64,000 bases of DNA from Dimorphilus gyrociliatus (Eukaryota > Animalia > Annelida), in NCBI GenBank assembly GCA_904063045.1, contig CAJFCJ010000049.1:62001-126000 (forward strand). The letters run 5' to 3'. Within the stretch, counting starts at the first letter, position 1. Each line of letters begins with the position of its first letter. Of this stretch, positions 49,700 through 61,445 are shown one piece after another. Below the pieces are notes generated by a model, which was not told the DNA's origin, did no database searches, and saw only the letters and a list, made by a program, of their open reading frames with translations. A program made the translations under genes and the position numbers.

Positions 49700-50600
49700 G
49701 ACTTGAAAAATTGTAGATTAAATAGAGAGCAAAAACAAGAGAGGAAATTTGCCAAATCGTTTGCTCCGGAATTGAAACAATAAATCTAAATTGGAATATA
49801 AATATGGGTAATGGAATTTTTAATATTTGCCATGAACGAATGTCATCATATATTTTGAAGAAACTTGATTTCACAAATTGTAATTTAAATAAAGAGCAAA
49901 GAGAAAAGATAGAAAATTTACTAAACCATTGCTCAAGAATAGAAATAATAAAGGTATCTTGGAATAAAGGCATAGTACTTTCCTCCTGGGGGTGGTAGGT
50001 AAGTACTGGTCCAAAGAGAACCGAATTAGGAGTAAGCCACTTAGAAGAGAGTTGAGGGAAGATGAATATAGAACCAAATCATAAGAATAATAGAACTGTA
50101 TTCTAAAGTAATACTAGACCTGTTCACTAAGAGGGTTGATTCAGGACTGAATGCCTGTTACTACCTACGCCCTGCTTTTATACAAGTCCTTATCAGCTGG
50201 TGTCAATAGCAAGGGTCGAACCCCAGATAAGGATTGTTCACTCTTCATTAGAATATGTGAATTTTAGCAATAATTATCGTCTAAAAGATGGATTAAAATG
50301 TATCTTGGATGGACTTCAATACTCTTCAAACATCTTAATGGAAATTAATCTGAGTTCGTGCGATTTGAATGATGACCCAGCAAAATATGTAGGAAACATC
50401 TTTTCAAGTTACAGCTAATGATATTGAGCTGTTTCAAAGTGTTTGAAGAAGATTGAAGTCCCTTACACACAATTTTATACATACTCTTAGCCATTTCTAA
50501 ATCAGTTGAATAAATGTGCAATACAATACTAGATAATAATTTGAAAAAACTGAAAATAACATTATCAAAGTGGCCGTCGAAAGGAATCTGAGTATAATAA
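49700..50600. pseudogene. Scrambled RI-type LRR fragments on both strands, split by repeat B
   Basis: MGNGIFNIC..LKKLDFTNCNLN (+), LEYVNFSNN..GLQYSSNILMEINLSSCDLND (+) and VCKGLQSSSNTLKQLNIISCNL (-). Confidence 0.8.
49978..50241 (-). repeat. Dispersed repeat segment B (reverse complement of 61214-61445)
   Basis: About 210 bp of near-identity, e.g. agtaagccacttagaagaga...ctacctacgccctgctttt. Confidence 0.92.
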
Positions 50601-50939
50601 TGCAACTGACCTTGTAGTCTGGTTAATTTCAGCGGTGAGATGTTAACAACATTAGCAACGGGTATCTCTTAATTATACATGGAGTTATTCCAGGCAATTC
50701 TGATCAATATATAATGGCTGCTATAAGATTTTAGTTTAGTATTTATGAAAATATAAGTTACCAAATCATTAAACAATTTGCTTACTAATCTAATAATTAA
50801 TTTAGATGTACCCTGTAGTTCATTACGTCACTAATTTCTCAGAGTAGCTACTATAGAAATTTTTACCCGCACCTAAACAGTAATCCATAATTAAAAGTGA
50901 CAGACACAAGAAAGGAATGATAATCTTTAAGGCTGAATT

Positions 50940-51190
50940 CAAAAACTGGTGCTTCATCCAAGGAGAGAGTTTAAGAAGAATAATTCAAAGTAGACAACAA
51001 AAAAGTACTGATTAAATACAGGCTCTAAGCAGATATGTTCTAAAACTGTTCTTGCAATGAAATTTTCCAGAAAAATGGAACTAGCTGACAAAAAACAGTA
51101 AAAACAGAGTAGTACTTGAAAAGAAGACATTAGACAATTGGATAGCCAGCAATCCAGACCTCAATATTATAAAGCAAAATTACTCAGCTT
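50940..51190 (+). mobile_element. Tc1-like C-terminal remnant
   Basis: tggatagccagcaatccagacctcaatattata encodes W..SNPDLNII, resembling WPANSPDLNIIE. Confidence 0.5.
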
Positions 51191-51222
51191 ATGGCAACAG
51201 CCACTCAATTTTATCAGGAATG

Positions 51223-51700
51223 GGTAAAACTGTACCAGGTAAAATCGTACCCATTGAGAGTGAAATTGTACCTGTTGATATGAGAATATTAAAAATTGAA
51301 ATGATGACCCTACATAAACAGCTGTTTGCTAGATATTTAATTGAAATTTTTTGTAAATATATAAAATGACTCAGATTTTTCAGTAATTTTTGTATTTTGT
51401 ATCAACAAATATGTGGTATGTATACCACTAGTACTTGTAAGTAGTTTTTAAGTTTCTAGTCAGCCATTTTGAATTTGTTTATTGATAAGAGAATCTTGAA
51501 ATCATATTGAAATTATTTGCTTCAAACTTATTCAGTGCTTTCAAATACTAAATTTAACATTTCACATCGGCGCATTTTGAAATATGGGAATGAAATGTAA
51601 AAATTGCAAACTTACAGTTTATGGAAGACAGAAGACAAAATTTTGTTTGCAATACAATGAGCTTCTTTATGAGAAATCTATCATTAGTAAGAATATTTAA
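51223..51700 (+). mobile_element. 5' end of another MULE (terminal repeats GGTAAAA..GTACC + PHD-like first exon)
   Basis: Three GGTAAAA/GTGAAA..GTACC units; ATG at 51584 gives MGMKCKNCKLTVYGRQKTKFC, similar to MAPICYICEERIYGRQNQEKC. Confidence 0.6.
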
Positions 51701-52396
51701 ATCATATGGTCAATTGCAAATATGTCAATTATTTCTATTTTAGATTCTGAGAGGCTGATTTGGTTTGTATTTATGAAAACTTCTCTCTGAGAGGTAATCT
51801 TTATTACCAAGTATCAGAGAAAAAAATATGGCGTTGTAGAGAGAAAAATATTTGAAATTTGGGATAATTATAGACTTGGAAAGATGTTGGCTGATCAATT
51901 ATTATTCCAAACATCATATATTTATACTGCCTAGTTATTCTATTCTATTTTTCTTTAGTTGTTATACATTAAAAAGAATCCTTCAATCGTGTCTTATAAT
52001 TTCATTACAATATTCAAATATTCATAATATATCATCGTTTTTTGTTATTTCCATATGTATCAACATCCATAATATTACTTGGGTACATCTAAAGAGAAAT
52101 TCGCCCCTATTCATTTGTATCAAATCCCTCTAGTGGAGTTTATCTCCAATGCCTCTGGCAGTCGGCCTACTACACTTGGTTTAACTGCATTGTTCTCTTG
52201 TAAGTTATCAATATTCATGATTATACAATAAACTATGACAATTGGTGTGTATAACAATAAAATCTATAATTTTTTTAAATATTTCATTGTCTTATAATTG
52301 AGTTGAACAATACATATTTATAGAATATTTTTGTTAATAGCATTGTTGAAAAATCGTATAGGTAGAGGATATGCAAGAAAAATATCATTCTGCATT

Positions 52397-54570
52397 ATGA
52401 AAATTTACAGTTTTATTCTCTTAGTAATCATATTTCATGAAGTGTCTTCTTTCGACAAATGTTAGAATTTTTTTTAATCACTAATAATATAATATATATA
52501 ATTTAAATTTAAAGATGGAAACCTTGTAAACGTCGGTTCAAAGAAGAATGGCGCAACTTGTCAGGCATCTTCGGAACATTTGCAACAAAAGGGGTTTACT
52601 TTCCTATGCGAAAATAGCTTGGAACCAGAATGGATAAATGTATTTGACTGGGCGGCAGATTGCAATGTTGGTAACTGCATTTCAACATGGATCATCATTA
52701 ATTTTTTAAGACCATACGATATCACAAAAATATGTATTGCTCAAAGAACTTTAACTGCAAATGTAATCCTTAAAGCAGTAGAAATTACAATTGGAACCAA
52801 CAAACCAATTTATAAACTAGACTTGATTAACACCTGTCTCTTACTAGAAGAAGGAATTGGTCTAGACTCCACTAGTATAAAATTAACAACAAAAGGTGCG
52901 GAAACCGGAAATGTTGGCTCTAATTCCATTTCCGCTTATGCATATGATAAAGGTTTAAAAAAAAGAAACAACTGATGAAAGGTATTTTTTTGACTAATTA
53001 TTTTCTATAAAATAGATTCAAGCAAGCCTGATGAAAGATTAATCAATATCGCTGAACTTGAACTTGGAGCTACATGTACGCATTCAAGTGCGTTTAATTC
53101 TTATGGTTGTACCGAAGCCATTTCCAGACGGTATACGGGAGAATGGGCATCACAGTGTCATGGAGATTCTTGTATTGATCAATATATAGAGATAACCTTT
53201 GCTTTTCCTGCTATACCAAAAATAATATGTCACATGAATAGGTAATATCTAACGTTTTTGAATAAGACAAACCATTGAAAGATTTATTGAATGATCATTA
53301 ATATTTTATATGTAGTCGCTATTTAATTTTTCAAAAGAAACTACCCAACTACTACTAGTTTTTACCTAATTATGACTATGTTGCTTTCTGTTTCCATATG
53401 AAATAGGCATGTCTTCCCTCGTGATAACAAGAAAATGAAAATGGAATGGAGTTCGGGTCATGTTGATATTTTGGAGAATATGGAAAGAGGAGTGGTTTAT
53501 CGCTGTTACAACTATACTCATGAACCAACTATTGAGCATTCAGTTAAAGTTCTTATGAAAGAAGATTATAATGCTGGTGATGTTGGACTGTCATATTTTA
53601 AAGTTTTTGCAAAAAGTAAATATTATTTTTCTTCTTGACCTATTTTCAAATCAATAATTTTTAATCTTTAGAGACTGACAAAGACATCTATAGTATTCAA
53701 TTTATTACTGATGTAGTCTATCACCTACAATCAAATGTTAACATGGTCAAATTTAGGATAAAAGGCGTTTCTACAGGACAAACTAAAGATTGTTCATCTT
53801 TAATAATTACTTTCAAGAACAAGGCTACAAAATTATTTTCATTAAAACTAGATACTTTGACTGATAACAATATTGAAAATTCTTCAATTGAAATATTTGA
53901 ACCTGAATTAAAAACCATTGATTTTATTATACAAAAATCATTGATAAATTGTGTAGAATGGAATGATTTTTGGTTTCAAAGTCAACAAGGACTAGTTAAA
54001 TTTGGTTTTGGTGAACAATATGGTTTAAATAATTTATTGATATTTCAGTCTAAAATATATTTAAGTGTTACTGAAATACTGTTCAAAAATAATGAATCAG
54101 ATATAATAAATCTGGTTCAATTCACACATTTTGATATTGGAATCTTTTCTGTTAATTCTGCATATAGTGAATGTTCATACCAAAATTATTATGAAAATTT
54201 GAATGAACTAACAAACAGTTGTAAAAGGATAAAATCAAAAGCAGTTTCATTTGAGTACAATCTATGGAATGGAACAAAGATATTGACCAAAAATAGTTCT
54301 GATCTTGTATTGAGTTTAAAGAAAAATAGTGCGATATATAATAAAGATCTATCTATATATATCACTTACAATTCAATAAATAAAGCAGGAAATAAGGAAT
54401 TGAAATTATGCGAATTTAAAAATCATAATGAAACCAATTCATTTGCATATTATCGTTTCAAATGCAGCAGTATAACTACAATAATGAACGATTTTGTTTC
54501 TATTTATATCTTTTTAGACTATTCTCTTCAAGATTATGATATTTACTTTTGTAAATTGTCTTTTGTTTAA
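52397..54570 (+). CDS. 2x discoidin-like + FAMeT-like paralog A5, 5 exons, apparently intact
   Basis: Signal exon 52397-52460, then exons from 52516, about 53017, about 53407 and 53671 that stay in frame. Motifs CENSLEPEW..DWAADC, LELGATC..EWASQC..CIDQYI and CSSLIITFK..CVEWNDFW..FGFGEQYG. Confidence 0.82.
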
Positions 54571-56715
54571 CAATTGGTATAAAAATTTATCTATGTCAAA
54601 AAAGTACAGGTTGTTGTAAATTTAATGTTGACCTATACAAGTATTTCAAATAAAATGTAGACAGTTAGGTGTTGAAGATTTATTAATTTTATTTTTTTAT
54701 TAATTTTTTTAGAACAAAACTGAAAAAGTTTGCTTCTTCACCTAATTTCTAATATTCAATGTTTTATTCAAGCTAAACCCTCAATCTTCTTCAATATGAT
54801 TCTTTGTAAAGTTGTTTTTTTTTAATTTCACAATTGTTGAATAAACTTTCCAATTGATTTGATATCGTTCATTTGAAAATCTGAAGAAAGAGCTAAGTAT
54901 CTTTTGCGAGTCAACTATTGAAATTATTAGGAGAAATGTACAAAAAGCTTACAATTCTTACATTTCTCTGTCATGTTTTATCAATAATTCTTTATATCAG
55001 ACTAAAAATATCAACTATGATTAGTAAATAAATAAATAAAAAATTATTGAACACATCTTTAAAAGAACAATAATATTTAATTTTAAATGAGTATTGGAAA
55101 TGTATACTTACAATTATTCAAAATGGCTGCAAAATATTTTTCAAATAAATTGATTTCTTTCACAAAGATAAGATAATATGTGATCAAAATATTAATACAG
55201 CATTAATCTAGATTATATTACATATGAAATGACCTCTTTAAATCTAAAATGATAATCTTTTTGCCAAATATAATTATGAAAAATAGCTTAACTTTCAAAG
55301 TAAATTCTTTCCAAAGTGAAAGTTAACGTCAGTTTCTTCATTTTAAAATGGCTGTCATTTCATTTTTCAACATTGCCTTTATTTTTTTTAGGTTTCATTG
55401 TTATAATTCAAAATAATAAAATTAAAAAAAGCTATGTTTCTAAGGGTACGGTTTCAGCTGCTCCCGGTTCACCTTTGAGTTTTATTACTATTTCCGACAA
55501 AGTGAAAACGAAGTTCTTGACTCGAAGTTGAATATAGATGCCAATTTAATCCAATTATGCAATTGGCTAAAAGTATCAAAAGGTCAAAGTTCACTTATGT
55601 GAAACCATATTTAGAAGTTTTCAACTGTGTTAGATGTTACTTTGTAGTTACTGAAATGTTGAAATGTCGACAGTCATATTTCAATAAATCAATTGTTAAC
55701 TATTGAAACAGAACTGTCCAATATCATATATGGCACCATCGTCGTAAGATTACTGTGACTACTAGGAACCTCTCTTCAGCGTAGCTATTGTTAGCCTTTG
55801 TCTACCGCTATTGACAAATATACGTGGGATTAGCTTCAGGGTAGGCCTATGAGAGAATAAATTGTTGGACTACTCAATTATTTTTAAATTCCTTAAAAAT
55901 TAAGGTTAAGAAGCATAAGAATGTGCAGTTAATTGACACTTTAAAGATTATTTTCTTTCGAGAATGTAGGTCAAAGGACTATTAAATGAGTATATTAAGA
56001 AAAAAGATAATGATGAAAGTTATAGATGACATTGCATGTATGTTAAGACAAGAATATAAAATATGTATATATATACTAACTACAATTTTCTTCTTTCTCA
56101 TAAAAATCATAAAATGATGAAAATGTCAATAAAGTAGGATTTGTATATCTTGCACCACTATTAAGATAACAAGTACCAGTTGAGTTTCTATAATCGAACG
56201 ATCTAATAAAGAGATTTCAACACTTTATTTTTAAAAATTGGTAAAATTTATGTAAAAAATTTAGCAGAAAATGTCCTTTAATTTTTAGGTCTAGCCTTCA
56301 AATTCCACTGTTCTTAAAACCCTTAGTTAATATATTTTCCAGAAAATATCGTTTCCTGACATTTCTGTTCAACCTCATTAAAAAAATTGATAAAAAAAAT
56401 AAAACTCACTTGCACGCTGCATTTCTAGAACAGTTCTTTTTACAATTTTCCACACTTGCTTCAATAAATATAGTGCCATCAAGGTCAGAATTGGTAGTTG
56501 CAGTATGAGGTATAAATCTACCAGGTAAAAACTGGTATGTACATGCTTAAAAGAAATAGAAAACGAAATATATTGGTTAGAAAGTTTTTGAAGTTTTGTT
56601 TTATTAAAAAACAAAAATTTCATTTACATACTTGACAGAAAAACTGGATATTGATGGAAAAGAGAAATTACAAGGATTGTGTGCCACATTCTTGTATAAA
56701 GTAAAAATTACTGTA

Positions 56716-56745
56716 TCTCTCTCTCTATATATATATATATATATA
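56716..56745. repeat. (TC)n(TA)n microsatellite
   Basis: Directly visible. Confidence 0.9.
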
Positions 56746-57325
56746 ATATATGATTCTTTTTAAAAACCACCTTAATTAATTTTTAATAATTATTAAATAT
56801 TTCTACACCGGAACAAACTGTACATTAGTTGTTAAGGTCACTATATAGGACTCAACAAATTTCTTAACAGGCTACACTATTCCTTTTTAAATTGGTTGCA
56901 AAATTATTAATATATAAATTAGTTTAAAATTTTCCCGCTGGAATTAATTTTTGATCCAAAGCAACAAATTCTAGTTTTTAACCTTAGTGTAATTACATTA
57001 ATTTACTTATTGTTGACTAAGCTGTAATAGAAATAATTAACAAAATTCAATATGCCATTAAGTATTACATATATTGCTATAAACAATTTTTAAAGCATAT
57101 AAAGTGGACGACATGTATATATGGACATCATAAATTTTGATTGGCCAATTTTTAATTAATGGTTAAAATTGTTTGCCCACTGTAAATTAGTATTATCTTT
57201 ACAAAACTCATGTATTTTCATAATGAATATTTTCTAATTTGTTATTTCTTTTGATTTTTTCAGAAATCTTTTGTATAATCTAAAAGAAAAATCAATTTAT
57301 TTTAGAAATATTCGTGTTATTCTTT

Positions 57326-59400
57326 TTAATTTTTTGTTTTTACCGTATAAGCAATGAATTCAATAAATTCGATAATTGTTATAACAGATGCTCCCAAAAC
57401 AAGTCCCATAAATCCACCAACTTCAGAGAGCAAAGATAGAAAACCAAATTTCTCTTGTTGAGTAATCTTTTGATAATTCATCTCTTTGTAAAAGACATCA
57501 ACTTTTGCAAAATTCTTTCTGCAATTTGTATTCATTTTAAAAACTTGGATAGAAAAAATATTAATAAAAACTTACAGGAAAAAATCATTATTTATCTTAT
57601 TAATTTCATTAAATTCACTTATAAAAATGTCAAGGACATTGTACTTGTATTGAATTTCATCAAAAGATTTGATAACTACTTTTGGAAGTTTAAGTCCATA
57701 TTGTCCAATTGCATTTCCTAATTGTAAAAAGCAATCACTCCAGCTATATTGTAAAACTTTTTCCAGTGCTTTTTCAGAACAATTGTGTTCAATACTGTAC
57801 TCATCTTTAGAATTGTTATATAAAATATAAAATTCATTGACAAGTTTGTAATCCATTTTCAAATTGACAGCATTTTTTACAGGATAAGGCCATTTGAGAT
57901 TACTTTTTACTGACACTTCTAATAGCCTTAGTTCATTTGCAATCTGTTTAACATTCTTATCAAAGAGTTTAAATTGTTTATTAGTACTTTCATAAAAACT
58001 TATCAAACTCTTTATATCAATGAAAAAATTTTCCACTTCAAACATTGCACTTATATTGAATTTTGTTATTGATGAATTTTTATCTAAATACAATTCCAGT
58101 AGATTAACTTTCGAAGAAACATCCCTATGAATAACATGTATTGAGTTTAATTCTTCTTCAAAATCTAGTGAATTTCTATAGAATTCTGCTGATGAATTGT
58201 TAATTTTCCAAAGTTTTAAATGAATTGGTGTAAAAAATTATACTTTTCTTTTAATAGACAAACAGATTGGAATTTATTATTATTAAAAATTTGTTCAATT
58301 TTAAACAATCCATTGATAACTTTTGTAATTCTTTCACCAATTTCAAGGTAAGTTATATTATCATTTGTACCATTGAATTGTAATAATTTCTGTTCAATTA
58401 ATAATTCTGTAAAGAATGGTTTACAAGTTGTATTGTAAGGTAATTCTGGATTCATTTTATCCATTCCAAATATTCTTTCAATTTCACTTATGTATTCTTT
58501 TTGAAAATTCAGAAGAATTTTTGAATTAGCAAGAAAATAATTTTAAAATAATTTGTAGTGTCAAACATTTGCCTAAACATTTCATATAATTCTATTATTT
58601 TAAAAGAATGCATTGCATTTTCAATTCTATTAAAATTCTCTGCCAAATTGATAATGACTCCATTAAAGCTACACAAATTCCCTTCATACATTCAGTAGAT
58701 TTATAAATTTTATGAGTATCTTTAAAATATGCTAAAAATATTTTCATATCTTTTACAAATGGTTTAATAAATTTGTAATTTAAGTTATATTTTTTTTCAA
58801 TTTTCTTTTCTCCAATTTCTAAAACATTCAGATATTCTTCTTTTAATGTTTTCATTCTATTAGAATTTCCAAGTATTACTTTCTCAGCTTCAAATTGTGA
58901 TATTGCTGTAAATGATAGATTTGGTTCATAGATAATCTGTTTACATGGAACTGAACAGGAACAGTTGTTTTTATCCTTTTTTATCTTCTCTAATGATAAT
59001 CTAACACATCCATAATTCTCTGTGATAGAACATAGCCTTTTATAATTTTGACTGCGTTCTGTTAAAGTTGCGCTTTTATTCCAACTAATGTATTCATTCC
59101 AGCAGCTACTGCAAATCCTAAATCAGACATAAGGGGTCTTTTATAATCATCGTGTAAGAATATTTTAACACCAGCATCATTATCAGGTCCAGGCATGTAT
59201 TCGTATTGTTCAAGATTCAATAGAAGAGAAAGAGCATTATTCATTCCAGATTCAGTAACTGTTAAAGATTTAGGTGGTTTTAAAAATGAAGGAGAATTGA
59301 ATGTATAGCATATTCCCTAGTCAATGATACTTTTTGTAAAATACTCTACTAAACATTTTTCACCAGCCCTATCACAATTGAATATCAAGTTTGATTGTTT
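57326..59400 (-). pseudogene. DEG/ENaC (ASIC-like) channel, 5'-truncated, with a very long extracellular insertion
   Basis: G(I)CYTFN, LSLLLNLEQYEY..DAGVKIFLH..GFAVAAG, CSCSVPC..YEPNLS, FAKVDVFYKEMNY..LLSEVGGFMGLVLGASVITIIEF. A stop at 59317-59319, several frameshifts and a largely deleted thumb domain. Confidence 0.9.
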
Positions 59401-61040
59401 ATGTCTAGAAGTAGAAGTAGTATGAGTAGAAACATTGACAGCAGACACATTTATACATGATAAATTGCTGAACATTTTTTCAAAAGTTCACCAGCACAAA
59501 TATCACTATTTTCAAATTCATCCCAATATTCATAAATTTTGCATGTTGGCATAGATTTTTTTTTGTACCTACAACTCTTTTTTTCTGACAGTAGCTTTTG
59601 ATAAACATCAATTAGATCACTTTCTCTCTTTAATTCATCTGCAGTGCAATAAAATGAAGAATTTTCTTGTAAATTTCTATTATATTTGTTGTGGAAGCCT
59701 TCCAAATCATTATTTGTTGGAATAGCTCTCTTAAACACTGATCAATTATTTGGTGACCAGAGACTATTGTATATCCATGTTTCCTCCATGTATTTAACAA
59801 GATCATGTAATTTGTCAACCTCAGTTAAATATCTTTTAATCTTTTTAAATTGATGCTGAATGATATTACCATACCACTCTCCTGTTTTATTTTTGTAGTC
59901 TCTACTCTACCCAAGCTCCTATTGTTTTTTCAAGATTACAAATTTCAAAGTTGTGCTTAAAATCATTACCTTAATTTTTCTAAATACAGCCTGAGACCAA
60001 TGAAATAAACATCCATTTATTTCTGCATTTTCCCAAACAGACAAAATTGCTCTGCAGATTGCCTTTTCGAAATCTATTACAAATCTTTTTGGCTGATGAT
60101 TATTTGTTAATTCACAAACTGTCTGAAAAATTTACAAAGAGTAATTAATAAAAGAATTACTTTAGAAAAACTTTGATCTTACTTGAAACAATAGTTCAAA
60201 GGTTTTTTTTTTTAGGAGACATAAACACAGTTAATAGTGGTACTTGTTTCAATGCATCATTTTTTTCAGAAATCCATGGATGGAGAATATTTGTATAAAA
60301 GGATTATGAGCATGTTTAAAAGTCCCATCAAGAAACCATGTTTTTGTTGAGGAAAGAAGTTCAATTTGCTTATTTGTTGCAAATATTATAATTTGAAAGC
60401 CATTTTCATTTACATCTTTTCTTAGAAATCTGTCATGTAAAAAGGTATGGTTTAGAAAAAAATTAATACCATCTGGTTCTCTTGGATGAATTTTTCTTTT
60501 GTGATAATTCACAACTTGTACACTGGATGTTATTTTTGGTAAATGTTCTGCATCTGTATGATTTATCAAAACCTCTTCTGCAATTCTTCTTCCACTTAGT
60601 ATTAGATTTTCTTTACTTTTGGTTTTTAAATCATTTCTTATCAACAGCTTCTTTTCATTATTGTTATTTCCCAAATGTATGTGCTCATTTACCTAATGTA
60701 AAAGAAGGTCCAGTTTGATTGAAACTGGCAGGATATTGCTGATTTTTATTTTTTCTCCTGCAAATCCATACAGTTCTCTTCTTTGTTCTAAATTTTATAT
60801 TAAAAGAAAAGCCATTATGCACTAGTAAATCCTTTTCTTTCTGATTACCATTTTTTATAATTTCAAATTTATAGGAATCAAAGAATTTAATACTGGATGG
60901 TTCTTTTTCAAATGAGCTTTCTTCAATGTACACTTACCAACTATAGTTTATAGATATTTTATGAATAATACTTACCATATGGTAGAAGTGTTGAAGTAGA
61001 TGTTGCCTCTGGGATAGATGGTACCGAAGTGCCAGAATCA
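59400..61040 (-). mobile_element. Defective MULE transposase copy, no TIRs seen
   Basis: KDLLVHNGFSFN..VWIC, WFLDGTFK, VIDFEKAIC, GCLFHWSQAVFRK and TNNDLEGFH; multiple stops and frameshifts. Confidence 0.88.
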
Positions 61041-61052
61041 ACCCCTTTTATA

Positions 61053-61445
61053 GGCAAAGGATAAGATGTTACATAACAAACATGTTGACAACAACAACAA
61101 GTGGTTATTTACATAAATATGATGTAAGAATTGACCCTTGAAAGGTAACCTACACAAAGTTGTTGTTGTTTACATCACTACTTCATAATTTGATAACCCT
61201 TGACCCTGTTTGTTGTGAACAACCCTTATCTGGGGTTAGACCCTTGTTGTTGACAGCTAAGGCATAAACAACTGATAAGGAATTGTGTAAAAGCAGGGCG
61301 TAGGTAGTAACAGGTATTCAGTCCTGAATCAACTCCCTTAGTGAACAGGTCTAGCATTACTTTAGAATACAGTTATATTATTCTTATGTTTTGGTTCTAT
61401 ATTCATCCTCCCTTGATTCTAGATCTCTCTTCTAAGTGGCTTACT
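61053..61445 (+). repeat. Contiguous A+B dispersed repeat truncating the GPCR gene
   Basis: A half is direct to 49121-49270 and B half is inverted to 50031-50241. It abuts GPCR TM4 at about 61446. Confidence 0.85.
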
